The notes under the pieces are model-generated. The model was not told the origin of the DNA. It made no database searches and worked only from the letters and a program-made list of their open reading frames with translations. A stretch of 64,000 nucleotides of DNA, taken from NCBI GenBank assembly GCA_018384595.1, contig JAHAYO010000009.1, positions 11,233 through 75,232 of the forward strand, in the 5' to 3' direction. A program made the position numbers and the translations under genes. Below, in pieces: positions 10,660-20,528 of this stretch; position 1 is the stretch's first letter, and the number at the start of each line of letters is the position of its first letter. This stretch comes from Thiopseudomonas sp. GTDB taxonomy: Bacteria > Pseudomonadota > Gammaproteobacteria > Pseudomonadales > Pseudomonadaceae.

Positions 10660-10746
10660 GCAAACTCGCTATAAACACGTATTTTCAGAGGCTCGCGCTG
10701 CAGATAACCTCGAAACAAACCCTCAGCAGCAGCCCTGCCCGATTCG

Positions 10747-11481
10747 TTAGGGTCGGCCATTATCTTCAAACAGCACATCTTTGACAAAAGGAATGGTTAG
10801 CTTGCGCTGTGCCTGCAGCGAAGCCTGATCCAGCTTTTCTAGTGCGGCAAACAGGGCATCCATACTGCGCGGTAGGCGTCCTAGCAAAAACCGCCCCACT
10901 TCGTCGGATAGAAACAACCCACGCCGAGACGCGCGCAGCTGCAGCGCACGCAATTTGTCGTCATCGCCGGCTTCTTGCAAATGAAACACCAGCGCTAGGC
11001 TAAACCTAGACTGCAGATCAGGCAGGCCAACCGCCAACTCACGCGGCGAACAGTGCGCACTCACCAGCAGCCGCTTACCGGCATCACGCAGACGGTTAAA
11101 GGCATGAAACAGGGCTACATCCCAGTCCTGACGCCCGGCAACCGATTGCATATCATCCAGCGCCACCAGGTCACAGTGTTCAATATTTTCCAGCACGTCT
11201 GGGCCGTAGGCTGCGCACTCGGCCAGTGGCAAATAAAGTGCGCGCAAGCCCAGTTCTTCGGCGCGCAGGCAAGCCGCCTGCAGCAAATGGCTGCGCCCAC
11301 AGCCCTGACTGCCCCACAACCAGATAAAACTTTCTACCCAGCCGTCTTGGGACTGACACGCCCGCTCAACATATCCCTGTGCCGCCGCATTGGCGCCCGG
11401 ATAATAATTGGCAAAGGTGGCGTCATCGCGCAAGCGAATGCCCAGCGGCAGCTGTACCGGTTTAACTAATTCACTCATCAC
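10747..11481 (-). CDS. hda: DnaA regulatory inactivator Hda
   Basis: Beta-clamp motif QLPL, DATFANY, GCGRSHLL, PDLQSR, LTIPFVK. Confidence 0.95.
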   Translation of the reverse strand: MMSELVKPVQLPLGIRLRDDATFANYYPGANAAAQGYVERACQSQDGWVESFIWLWGSQGCGRSHLLQAACLRAEELGLRALYLPLAECAAYGPDVLENIEHCDLVALDDMQSVAGRQDWDVALFHAFNRLRDAGKRLLVSAHCSPRELAVGLPDLQSRFSLALVFHLQEAGDDDKLRALQLRASRRGLFLSDEVGRFLLGRLPRSMDALFAALEKLDQASLQAQRKLTIPFVKDVLFEDNGRP

Positions 11482-12556
11482 TGACCTGCTGGTAAAGATC
11501 CGATGCCTGATAGCGCTGATACCAGTAACGCAGCCAAACCATTAATATCGCCGCTACCGGCAACGCCAGCAGCACGCCGGTAAAACCAAACAGCTGACCA
11601 CCGGCCAGCACCGCAAACATCACCGCCACCGGATGCAGACCAATGCGGTCACCCACCAGCATAGGCGTCAACACGACCGACTCCAGCACCTGGCCAATCA
11701 TGAACACCGCAACAATACCGCTCAACATCAGCCCGTCTGCGCCAAACTGGAAAAAACCAGCAATCAGTGCAGCGCCAATACCCACCACAAACCCCATATA
11801 AGGCACGATACTGGCCAAGCCGGCAATCAGCCCCACCAGCAGACCAAGACGCAGCCCCAACAGCATCAGTCCTAGTGCATACACCACTGCCAGCGCCAAC
11901 ATCACCAGCAGCTGTCCCCGCATAAAAGCACCCAGCACCTCATGGCATTCGCCCACCAGCCGAGCAACCAACGGTTCATGGCGACGCGGCAACAATACGC
12001 GGACTTTATCAACAATCAGCCGCCAGTCGCGCAACAGGTAGAAGGTCACCACCGGCACCAAAAACAGATTAGCCAACCAGCCAAACAACGCCATGCTGGA
12101 ACTGCCCAGAGCGCTCAATAACAGGCTGACAATGTCTGGGGTTTGGTTTAGTTGCGCGGCAAAGGTTTGCTTTAGGCGGCCAACATCCCAGACGTCTTCT
12201 TCAAGTCCCAGCGTCTGTTGTATCCAAGGCAGCGCAACCTGTTGCAGCCAATCCAGCAGTGTGGGCGTCAGGGCATACAGCTCGGCCAGCTGACGGCCAA
12301 GCATCGGCAGCAGAATAAGTAGCACCAACACGATCAGCACGGCCAACGCCACAAAAACCACCGCAACCGCCAAGCTGCGCGAGCGCAAACGCCAGCGCTG
12401 CAGGCCCTCCACCAGCGGGTTGCCCATATAGGCCAGCAGTGCACTTAGAAAAAAGGAGGTCAGCACCGGCAGCAGCGCATACAGCAGTGCCAGCACCAAA
12501 GCCAGCAGCAGCCAAGGCCAGAGCCGGCTCACTAATTGATCAGGCTGCATAGGCAT
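11471..12556 (-). CDS. AI-2E family (PerM-like) transporter
   Basis: Polytopic membrane protein with IPYMG, QVLES, LVGDRIGLHPV; usual neighbour of hda. Confidence 0.9.
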   Translation of the reverse strand: MPMQPDQLVSRLWPWLLLALVLALLYALLPVLTSFFLSALLAYMGNPLVEGLQRWRLRSRSLAVAVVFVALAVLIVLVLLILLPMLGRQLAELYALTPTLLDWLQQVALPWIQQTLGLEEDVWDVGRLKQTFAAQLNQTPDIVSLLLSALGSSSMALFGWLANLFLVPVVTFYLLRDWRLIVDKVRVLLPRRHEPLVARLVGECHEVLGAFMRGQLLVMLALAVVYALGLMLLGLRLGLLVGLIAGLASIVPYMGFVVGIGAALIAGFFQFGADGLMLSGIVAVFMIGQVLESVVLTPMLVGDRIGLHPVAVMFAVLAGGQLFGFTGVLLALPVAAILMVWLRYWYQRYQASDLYQQVSDE

Positions 12557-13545
12557 CAGCGTACAAACACCCGTTCAGCGCCCGCTTGCTCAGCTCCGTC
12601 ATCAAACTGCGGCAGCTCACGAAACTTATACAGACCCAACTGGCTACGCAATTGTTCAGGTAGGGCAGTCACATCCCAAACGCCTGTTTCGCCCTGTAAA
12701 TACACCAGCTGTGCACCAAACACCTGCAAAGCTTTTTCAGCAGCCAGCATGCCGTCGATATCCAGCCCCTGTAGGCGCACGCGCTGCCTGTTGCCCTGGC
12801 CCGGCAACACGGCATACTCCTGTGCCAACGCGGCAGCCAGCTGCAAGAACAGTGTGTCCGCTGCCGTTACCAGACTGTCACCCGCCAGCGAGCCGCTTTG
12901 CGTGTTCTCAAGACCGAGCAATTGCCAGCGACCACCAATAGCGCCATCTCGCTCGCTGCTCTCAACCACCAGCAGGATATCAGCGCCGTAGTTCTGCAAT
13001 ATTGTTTGCACCTGACCAGCCTCATCCCAACCTTTGTCGGCCTGCATTAACTCGTTCAGGTCAGCCAGCGGAAAACGCGCCGGCAAGCCGCGATTTAATG
13101 CCGCCTGCTGTAAATTGAGCGAACGGTTATTGCCCTCGCCCAGCAGGTTGCGCCCGTGCAGGCCTTCCTGCATCCACCACAACAGCACCACGGGCCGGTC
13201 ACTACCCCACACCGGTAACCCAGCCTCACGCAGCGCTTGCAACACGCTGGCCGCATCAAAGCTTACCTGCAGCTCGTCTTCCTGAAAGGTATAGCCCAGC
13301 GCAAGGTTTTGTGGTGCCTGTGCGGCCGCAGCGAGGCCAGCAGCTCGCGCATCATCGGCCCGTCCGGTCATGCGTTGCACCAGCGTGGCAAAGGCGCGGC
13401 TAAATGCTAGGTTACGCCCATCCTCGGTGTCGGCGCTTAGCGGCTCACGCACCTGATACAAGCCTGCCACCGGTGCGGCCATCACACCCTGTGCCAGCAC
13501 CAGTAACAGACCGCTCAATACTGTCGTCCTAAAAACTCTCATCAT
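12556..13545 (-). CDS. DUF2066 family exported protein
   Basis: Signal peptide, GLYQVRE, LPVWGSDRP, RGLPARFPLADL; usual position upstream of the AI-2E gene and hda. Confidence 0.85.
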   Translation of the reverse strand: MMRVFRTTVLSGLLLVLAQGVMAAPVAGLYQVREPLSADTEDGRNLAFSRAFATLVQRMTGRADDARAAGLAAAAQAPQNLALGYTFQEDELQVSFDAASVLQALREAGLPVWGSDRPVVLLWWMQEGLHGRNLLGEGNNRSLNLQQAALNRGLPARFPLADLNELMQADKGWDEAGQVQTILQNYGADILLVVESSERDGAIGGRWQLLGLENTQSGSLAGDSLVTAADTLFLQLAAALAQEYAVLPGQGNRQRVRLQGLDIDGMLAAEKALQVFGAQLVYLQGETGVWDVTALPEQLRSQLGLYKFRELPQFDDGAEQAGAERVFVR

Positions 13546-13640
13546 TACTCCCCTGCTTTCTCGCCGGCGCAATCATAAACGGGGCCATAGTGTATAAGAT
13601 TCAGCACTGAAAAACCGCCCACACAGAATCAGCAATCCAA

Positions 13641-13675
13641 AAAAAACGGCCCTGTCAGTCAAGACAGAGCCGTTT
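13641..13675 (-). terminator. Intrinsic terminator after comEA
   Basis: AAACGGC-CCTGTC/GACAG-AGCCGTTT stem with an A-run giving a U-tail on the minus strand. Confidence 0.6.
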
Positions 13676-13692
13676 GCAAACGCTGCGTGAAT

Positions 13693-14001
13693 TTATTCAA
13701 CCGTGAGGCGGTCGCGGATGCGCTCCAGGGTTGCTTGGCCAATTCCCTTGACCTCCAGCAGCTCGTCCACCGATACGAATGCCCCCTGCTGCGTGCGATA
13801 ATCCACTATCGCTTGCGCCTTGGCAGGCCCTATTCCCTTGAGCTCCCTGACCAACGTATCCACATCGGCATCGTTGAGATTAATCTTGGCCGTCATCGCC
13901 GCCACCGCCGCGACAGGCTCTTGCGTTGCCGCCTGTACAACGGGTAATGCAGGCACACAGGCCAAAGCAGCAAACAGCAGGGGGATCAGTTTGTTTCGCA
14001 T
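13693..14001 (-). CDS. comEA: ComEA-like helix-hairpin-helix DNA-binding protein
   Basis: Signal peptide, INLNDAD, LKGIGPAKAQAIVDYR, LLEVKGIG. Confidence 0.88.
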   Translation of the reverse strand: MRNKLIPLLFAALACVPALPVVQAATQEPVAAVAAMTAKINLNDADVDTLVRELKGIGPAKAQAIVDYRTQQGAFVSVDELLEVKGIGQATLERIRDRLTVE

Positions 14002-14157
14002 GATAATGCTCTCCTTGTCAGACAAATGACCGGCACGGGTGCCGGCAACTCCACTGCCAGACACAACAGCCTAGGGCGTTTGTGCTCCAGCATGACTGAC
14101 TGTAGTCCGTTACAAAAAAGCGACTATCTTTTTTATCAAAACGTGAAGCAGTTCACC

Positions 14158-15033
14158 TTATGGATTAAAACCAGCAAACTGCAAATAACTGCGAGTAATT
14201 TGCTCACCCCAAATAATGGCGATCCAGCCAGCAATCGCCAGATAGGGGCCAAACGGCAGTGGCTGCGCCATGCCTTGGCGCTGTAGACGCAGAATAATCA
14301 CCCCCAGCACCGCCCCCACCACCGACGACAACAGTATGGTCAACGGCAACACCTGCCAACCGCCCCACGCCCCGAGCATGGCCAGCAGCTTAAAATCACC
14401 GTAGCCCATGCCTTCTTTACCGGTCACCAGCTTGAACAGCCAGAACACCAACCACAGTGCTAAATAGCCAAACACGGCACCGTAAACAGCATCTTCTAGA
14501 CTGACAAACAGACCAAAGCTATTGACAATCAGGCCCAGCCACAGCAAAGGCAGCACCAGAGTGTCTGGTAATAATTGATGGTCGGCATCAATCAGGCTCA
14601 GGGCCAGCAGCCCCCAAGTCAAGACCAGCAGCGCCAGACCCTGCGCGGTTCCACCCAACTGCCAAGCCACTACAACCGCCAGCAAGCCGCTGGCCAGCTC
14701 TACCAAAGGGTAACGCAAGCTGATGCGACCCTTGCAGCCGCTGCAGCGTCCGCGCAGCAATAACCAGCTCAACAACGGAATATTCTGCCAAGCACGAATA
14801 CCGGCGCAACAGTGCGGGCAGCGCGACGGCGGAAACAGTAAATTGAATGGTTTGAGCCCCTCGTCCACCGGCAGCTCCAGTACCTCGCGGGCCTGCGCCT
14901 GCCAATCACGCTGCAACATCAGCGGTAGACGGTACACCAGCACATTCAGAAAGCTACCTACCAGCAGCCCTAGCACCCCGGCCACCAGCACCACGGCCAG
15001 CGGGCTGGCCTGTAAGAACTCAATCGCCTCCAT
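14158..15033 (-). CDS. pilD: Prepilin peptidase/N-methyltransferase
   Basis: GSFLNV, CPHC/CSGC pairs, IDADHQLLPD, GMGYGDFKL, PFGPYL. Confidence 0.96.
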   Translation of the reverse strand: MEAIEFLQASPLAVVLVAGVLGLLVGSFLNVLVYRLPLMLQRDWQAQAREVLELPVDEGLKPFNLLFPPSRCPHCCAGIRAWQNIPLLSWLLLRGRCSGCKGRISLRYPLVELASGLLAVVVAWQLGGTAQGLALLVLTWGLLALSLIDADHQLLPDTLVLPLLWLGLIVNSFGLFVSLEDAVYGAVFGYLALWLVFWLFKLVTGKEGMGYGDFKLLAMLGAWGGWQVLPLTILLSSVVGAVLGVIILRLQRQGMAQPLPFGPYLAIAGWIAIIWGEQITRSYLQFAGFNP

Positions 15034-16265
15034 TAAACCACCGCACCCAGCTGGAAGATCGGCAGGTACATGGCAATGATCAGACCACCCACCAGCACAC
15101 CCAATACCGCCATGATCAGCGGCTCCATCAGGGCGGTCAGGCCATCCACCGCGTTATCCACCTCGGCTTCGTAGTGGGTGGCCACCTTATCCAGCATCTC
15201 ATCCAGGGCACCAGATTCCTCACCAATAGAGGTCATCTGTAGCGCCATTGCCGGAAAGGCGTTAGTCGCGCGCATGGCAATGTTGAGCTGAGTACCACCG
15301 GTCACCTCGCTCTTGATATTCATGACCGCATTTTTGAACACCACGTTACCGGTAGCCCCCGCCACCGAATCCAGCGCATCCACCAGCGGTACACCCGCCG
15401 AGAACGTGGTGGCCAGCGTGCGGCCAAAACGCGCTACCGCCGAGTTATAGACGATATTGCCAATCACCGGTGCCTTCAGCATAAAACGGTCAACCGAGTT
15501 GCGCAGCGATTCTGAACGCTGCAGCGCCGTTTTGAATGCAAAGCCAATACCGAACATCACGCCCAGCACGATCAGGCCGTGTTCCTGCAGCGCCTCCGAC
15601 AGGTTGATCACCATTTGAGTAAAGGCAGGCAGTTCGGCACCAAAGCCGGCAAATACGTTCTGAAACTGCGGCACTACCTTGATCAACAAAATGGCGGATA
15701 CGATCACTGCCACCACGATTACCGCAATCGGGTAGTTCATGGCTTTCTTGATTTTGGATTTCAGCGCTTCGGTTTTTTCTTTATACGTAGCAATCCGGTC
15801 CAGCAAGGTTTCCAGAGCACCCGACTGTTCGCCCGAATCCACTAGGTTGCAAAACAGGTCGTCAAAATATTTGGGATGTTTACGTAGCGAACTGGCCAGA
15901 CTGTTACCGCCCCCCACATCCGTTTTGATCGACTCCACCAGCCGGCTCATATTCTGGTTTTGCAACCCTTCCAGAATAATATCGAACGACTGCAGCAGTG
16001 GTACCCCCGATTTCATCATGGTCGCCAGCTGGCGGGCAAAAATGGCAATGTCCATCGGCTTGATAGCCTTGCCGCCACCAAACAACTGAATACCCTGCTT
16101 GCGCACCTTGGTCGGGTTGATGCCCTGCTTACGCAGCTGAGCCTTGACTAGCGACGGGTCTTGGCCGCTCATCTGGCCCTTAATTTTGGTTCCCTGTCGT
16201 GTTGTTCCTTCCCACAAAAAGAGCGTTTCTTTGGGTGCCTTAGCTTTATTGACTGGTTTAGCCAT
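15033..16265 (-). CDS. pilC: Type IV pilus inner-membrane platform protein
   Basis: RQLATMMKSGVPL, GEQSGAL, GEESGALD, MYLPIFQLG. Confidence 0.96.
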   Translation of the reverse strand: MAKPVNKAKAPKETLFLWEGTTRQGTKIKGQMSGQDPSLVKAQLRKQGINPTKVRKQGIQLFGGGKAIKPMDIAIFARQLATMMKSGVPLLQSFDIILEGLQNQNMSRLVESIKTDVGGGNSLASSLRKHPKYFDDLFCNLVDSGEQSGALETLLDRIATYKEKTEALKSKIKKAMNYPIAVIVVAVIVSAILLIKVVPQFQNVFAGFGAELPAFTQMVINLSEALQEHGLIVLGVMFGIGFAFKTALQRSESLRNSVDRFMLKAPVIGNIVYNSAVARFGRTLATTFSAGVPLVDALDSVAGATGNVVFKNAVMNIKSEVTGGTQLNIAMRATNAFPAMALQMTSIGEESGALDEMLDKVATHYEAEVDNAVDGLTALMEPLIMAVLGVLVGGLIIAMYLPIFQLGAVV

Positions 16266-16268
16266 GGT

Positions 16269-17969
16269 TTAGTCCTTAGTTACACGGTTAACTTCTGCCA
16301 GGCTGGTCACACCCTGGATAACTTTGAGCAGGCCGGAGGCACGCAGGTCGTTGAAGCCTTCTTCACGCATTTTCGCGCTGATCTCAATGGCATTGCCGTC
16401 TTCCATAATGATGCGCTGCAGAGGCGGAGTGATTTTGGTTACCTCGTAAATACCCACGCGTCCCTTATAGCCGTTGTTGCAGTTTTCGCAGCCATTGGGG
16501 CCGTAGACCTTGAAGGTGCCGATCTGCTGTTCGGTAAAGCCTTCTTTGAGCAGCACGTCCTTAGGCACATCCACTTCTTTCTTACATTTGCACAAACGCC
16601 GTGCCAGGCGCTGGGCAATAATTAGGTTGACCGACGTGGCTAGGTTGAAAGCCGCCAGCCCCATGTTGCGCAGACGGGTCAGGGTTTCGGCACAGCTGTT
16701 GGTGTGCAGCGTTGACATCACCATGTGTCCGGTTTGCGCCGCTTTGACCGCAATTTCGGCGGTTTCCAAGTCACGGATTTCCCCGACCATGATCACGTCA
16801 GGGTCTTGACGCAGGAAGGCACGCAGCGCTTGGTTGAAGTCCATGCCTTGTCTCGGATTAACGTTGACTTGGTTGATGCCTTCAAGGTTGATCTCAACCG
16901 GGTCTTCAGCGGTCGAGATGTTGCGCTCAACGGTATTGAGGATGTTGAGGCCGGTATATAACGAAACCGTCTTGCCCGAACCGGTCGGACCGGTTACCAG
17001 AATCATGCCCTGCGGATGGCCTAACGCTTCCAAGTACAGTTGCTTCTGTTCATCTTCATAGCCCAGCGCATCAATACCCATCTGCGCACTACTGGCATCC
17101 AGAATCCGCATCACAATTTTTTCGCCCCACAGCGTGGGCAAGGTGTTGACCCGGAAGTCGATGGATTTAGTTTTGGATACCTTGAGCTTAATCCGCCCAT
17201 CCTGAGGCTTGCGGCGCTCGGAAATATCCAGCCCGGCCATCACTTTAAGGCGGGCAGAAATACGGTCGCGTAGCTGGATGGGGGGGCGTGAAACTTCGTG
17301 CAGCACGCCATCAGTACGAAAACGGACACGGTAGGACTTTTCGTAGGGTTCAAAGTGCAAGTCCGAAGCGCCCCCTTTAATGGCATCCAGCAGCATTTTA
17401 TTGACAAAGCGAACAACCGGTGCTTCTTCAGCGGCATCAACGGTAACGGCACCCTCGGCTTCTCCATCACCAGACTCACTTTCTAGGCCGTCCAGATCCA
17501 TGGCGTCCAGCCCTTCCATCGCCGAAGCCGGCGTGTCATACAGCTTTTCGATGGCTTGGCCCAGCTTGTCATCTTCGACCAGTAAGCCCTCGACATTCAT
17601 TCCACTGCTGAACTGCACATCGTTGACTGCCTGCTGATTGGCCGGGTCTGACATGGCAATAAACAACTTGTTACCGCGTTTGAACAGCGGCAACACACGA
17701 TGCTGGCGGGCCAGCTTTTCTGACACAGCATCCTTGACAAACATCTCGGGGTTGATCGCGCTCAGGTCAAGAAAAGCCACCCCAAACTGGTCCGCAGCCA
17801 GCTCCATCAAACGTTTGGCGGGTGCCAATTTTTGTTGCACCAGCCAGGTAACCAGCGGTGTATTGTTGCGTTTAGCTTGTTCGACCGCCTCAAGCGCCTT
17901 GGCTTCGGAGAGCAGATCGGCATCCACTGCAGCGCGCGCCAAGCCGATCAGATTCACCTTTGTATTCAT
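16269..17969 (-). CDS. pilB: Type IV pilus assembly ATPase
   Basis: ASDLHFEP, GPTGSGKT, TAEDPVE, LRQDPD, TGHMVMSTLH, Cys zinc motif. Confidence 0.96.
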   Translation of the reverse strand: MNTKVNLIGLARAAVDADLLSEAKALEAVEQAKRNNTPLVTWLVQQKLAPAKRLMELAADQFGVAFLDLSAINPEMFVKDAVSEKLARQHRVLPLFKRGNKLFIAMSDPANQQAVNDVQFSSGMNVEGLLVEDDKLGQAIEKLYDTPASAMEGLDAMDLDGLESESGDGEAEGAVTVDAAEEAPVVRFVNKMLLDAIKGGASDLHFEPYEKSYRVRFRTDGVLHEVSRPPIQLRDRISARLKVMAGLDISERRKPQDGRIKLKVSKTKSIDFRVNTLPTLWGEKIVMRILDASSAQMGIDALGYEDEQKQLYLEALGHPQGMILVTGPTGSGKTVSLYTGLNILNTVERNISTAEDPVEINLEGINQVNVNPRQGMDFNQALRAFLRQDPDVIMVGEIRDLETAEIAVKAAQTGHMVMSTLHTNSCAETLTRLRNMGLAAFNLATSVNLIIAQRLARRLCKCKKEVDVPKDVLLKEGFTEQQIGTFKVYGPNGCENCNNGYKGRVGIYEVTKITPPLQRIIMEDGNAIEISAKMREEGFNDLRASGLLKVIQGVTSLAEVNRVTKD

Positions 17970-18086
17970 GCCCATATACTCACGTTTGTCCCATTTTCAG
18001 CCAGCCTACACCCTAAGACTGGGCTGCTTTATACCCTAACCGGGCACTCATTACCAAAACCGGCGCACACTTTAACAAAGTAGCCC

Positions 18087-19247
18087 TCAACAATCTCCAG
18101 ACGCACCACACAGGCGATTACGCCCTGCATTTTTTGCTTGATACATGCGCTGGTCAGCCCGCTCAAGCAAGGCGGCCAGCGTCTCACTGCCATCCTGGCA
18201 ACGCTCGGCCAGCCCCATACTGGCCGTCAACGGTTGGCCATCCGGCCGCTCACCAAATCCGCCGGCCTGCACCCGTCTTAGTACCTCAACGGCCACCGCA
18301 TGCGGCGTCATAGGTAGCAGCAAGACAAACTCTTCCCCGCCCCAGCGCACCAACACATCCTGCTCGCGCACCGCTCCTCGAACTCTGTGGGCAAACTGGC
18401 TCAATACCTGATCCCCCGCATCATGCCCGTAGCGGTCATTGATCGTCTTAAAATGGTCTAGGTCCAGAAATACTAGCGTCAACGGCTCATCCTGACGCAG
18501 CGAACGACGCCAGTACACCTCCATGATTTCTTCTCCACTACCCCGTGCATAGGCTCCGGTCAACGGATCATGAATCATTTGCCGAACAAGCACCAACATA
18601 AAGGCCAGCTGGCTCATACCCGCCAGCACTACTACACCAGCCAGCAGCACCAACAGCCAAGTACCGCCCAGAAACGAGGGCCAGTTCAGGGTAGACCAGC
18701 TGAAATAACCGGCCAGCAACTGCGCCCCCAGCACTGAGCTTGCAACCAACAGACTTTCCAACATCGTCAGCGGAAAAACGGCCAGCCCAGCCATCAGTAC
18801 AAAGGGCAAAAAGGCATAACCCGTTGCCACGGCCTGCGAAAAATCGTTTAGCTCGTAACTCGCCAGTACGCTATGCGAAGCAATATAAAACAGCGTAGGA
18901 ATGGCAAATAGCCAAGCGATCACTCGATACGCATCACGCATGCGGTCTCGCGGCGGATGCCACAGCAACACGGCAAAGCAGGCACTGGCCAGCAGCCGCA
19001 GCCCAGCGAGGTAATACCAGAGCGGCGCATCAAACACCAAAAAATCTACCACACACCACAGCGGTGTGAGCACTGCAAATAAAAAAGCAAACAGCCGCAC
19101 TCGATTGATGATCAAGCGTGCCCGCCGACTGCTCAACAGCAAAGAGTGATCACTCAAGGTCAACAAGGCGCGCAGCTCTCGACCTTCCATTTCGGGGGGT
19201 AACAGTGCCTGCAGCCGATGCCGGCTGCGTATCAGAAAAGGAGTCAT
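18087..19247 (-). CDS. Membrane-bound diguanylate cyclase (GGEEF)
   Basis: About 6 TM segments, DPLTG, DLDHFKTIND, RWGGEEF. Confidence 0.92.
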   Translation of the reverse strand: MTPFLIRSRHRLQALLPPEMEGRELRALLTLSDHSLLLSSRRARLIINRVRLFAFLFAVLTPLWCVVDFLVFDAPLWYYLAGLRLLASACFAVLLWHPPRDRMRDAYRVIAWLFAIPTLFYIASHSVLASYELNDFSQAVATGYAFLPFVLMAGLAVFPLTMLESLLVASSVLGAQLLAGYFSWSTLNWPSFLGGTWLLVLLAGVVVLAGMSQLAFMLVLVRQMIHDPLTGAYARGSGEEIMEVYWRRSLRQDEPLTLVFLDLDHFKTINDRYGHDAGDQVLSQFAHRVRGAVREQDVLVRWGGEEFVLLLPMTPHAVAVEVLRRVQAGGFGERPDGQPLTASMGLAERCQDGSETLAALLERADQRMYQAKNAGRNRLCGASGDC

Positions 19248-19611
19248 TACAGGGATCGACCAGTGCGTACTCAGGGAGCCCATGGTACAGCACAACCAGC
19301 CCGATAGAATACCGACCAACGTCAAGAGTCTGACATCGCACGTGCCCCGTCGCGCCACCCGTTCACCCGCATGATTACAACTTGCAAATCAATTAGTTGC
19401 AGCAGTCTTAAAGCCTTAGACGCCATGTACCTATCACTCACCAAGCGTATCTGTCGCGTGCAAACGGATGTTAGGTGCGTAAAGATTTTTTTGCGTATGA
19501 CCCATGCTGTGCGCTAAAGCCAGTTTCGCAGCTTGGTCGTGTTGCGCTGCTTGGATCAGCCGCTAACACCGATAGGTCAGCCTTGACGATGAGCATGCCT
19601 GCGCATGCGCA

Positions 19612-19645
19612 AACCCGTCGCGCCACTGAGTGGCGATGACGGGTT
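19612..19645. other. Long imperfect hairpin in the MarR-GGDEF intergenic region
   Basis: AACCCGTC-GCGCCAC-TGA-GTGGCG-AT-GACGGGTT; adjacent 12-bp palindrome TGCGCATGCGCA at 19600-19611. Confidence 0.7.
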
Positions 19646-19862
19646 AGAGGGTGTGGCCGTAATAAGCTTGGTGTAGCAACGTCCGATAGTTGTCAGCTGA
19701 GAACTTACGGATCGTGCTGAATCTGCAGGCATCTGTCGACACAATCAATAAGCACAGGTCAAACCGGCCAACGCTCCGTGATGCACAGCCCGTGACCACT
19801 GATCGCCCTACCCTAGGCGTTGGCGCTACGGGCGCTCGTCCATGACCTGCTTTCGACACCTG

Positions 19863-20300
19863 CTAGCGCTTGCAGGCATCTAAATTTTTAAACATTTTTT
19901 GGAACAGATGCTGGCAGGCATCAATCTCGTCATCACTGATGCCGACAAACACTTCGCTGCGCAGTTCACGGGCCAGTTCGGCAATATCCACCGCAATCTG
20001 CCGCGCTTCTTCGGTCAGCAGTACCCGTTTGATGCGCCGGTCCACCCCACAGGGCTCACGCTCCACCATTTTCATGGTTTCCAGTGCATCCAGCGTGCGC
20101 GCCAGCGTTGGGCTTTCAATGCCGATCCAGTCCGCCAACTCGCGCTGGGTGGGCGACTCACCGGTATTGCGGATCAAATGCAGCAACACCAACCAACGGG
20201 CCTGCGACAACCCTGTATTGACCAGCCGTCGATCAAGCTCTGCCCGCCACGCTCGGGACAAGTGGGCCAGCTCCATGGCAAAACGATGTTTTTCGTACAT
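19863..20300 (-). CDS. MarR/SlyA-family transcriptional regulator
   Basis: GLSQARWLVL, TQRELA, IESPTLARTL, DRRIKRV winged helix. Confidence 0.92.
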   Translation of the reverse strand: MYEKHRFAMELAHLSRAWRAELDRRLVNTGLSQARWLVLLHLIRNTGESPTQRELADWIGIESPTLARTLDALETMKMVEREPCGVDRRIKRVLLTEEARQIAVDIAELARELRSEVFVGISDDEIDACQHLFQKMFKNLDACKR

Positions 20301-20487
20301 AAAAATCCTGGCTACTCATCTTATTGTTTGCCATGGAGTATACCTATCTCTGGATAAAGCTAAGCACGCCCTTGGTCTAATGTCGAATATCGAATATCGA
20401 ATGTCCGGCAACAAGCGCTTGTGTCCAATACGCCAGTGAACCAGCCCCACCACAAACCCCGTAACCTGCTTAACTGTGCCAGCCAAC

Positions 20488-20511
20488 AAAAAGCCCCGCC
20501 TAAGCGGGGCT
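20488..20511 (-). terminator. Intrinsic terminator after the DUF5610-like gene
   Basis: AGCCCCGC-CTAA-GCGGGGCT with an A-run giving a U-tail on the minus strand. Confidence 0.75.
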
Positions 20512-20528
20512 GGGTTGCACGGACCTGT

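Noticed and set aside
8000-18000. CTAG seemed frequent
   Set aside because: A rough manual count gave about 15 in 10 kb, below the random expectation of roughly 35. It is still depleted; a proper k-mer count is needed before any claim.
19644-19859. 71-aa ORF in frame with and following the MarR stop (possible readthrough)
   Set aside because: The MarR protein is already full length; the extension has no recognisable motif and overlaps a structured non-coding region.
19360-19860. c-di-GMP-I riboswitch upstream of the GGDEF gene
   Set aside because: The GGGCAAA/GAAA/GACGCAAAG core is not matched on the coding strand.
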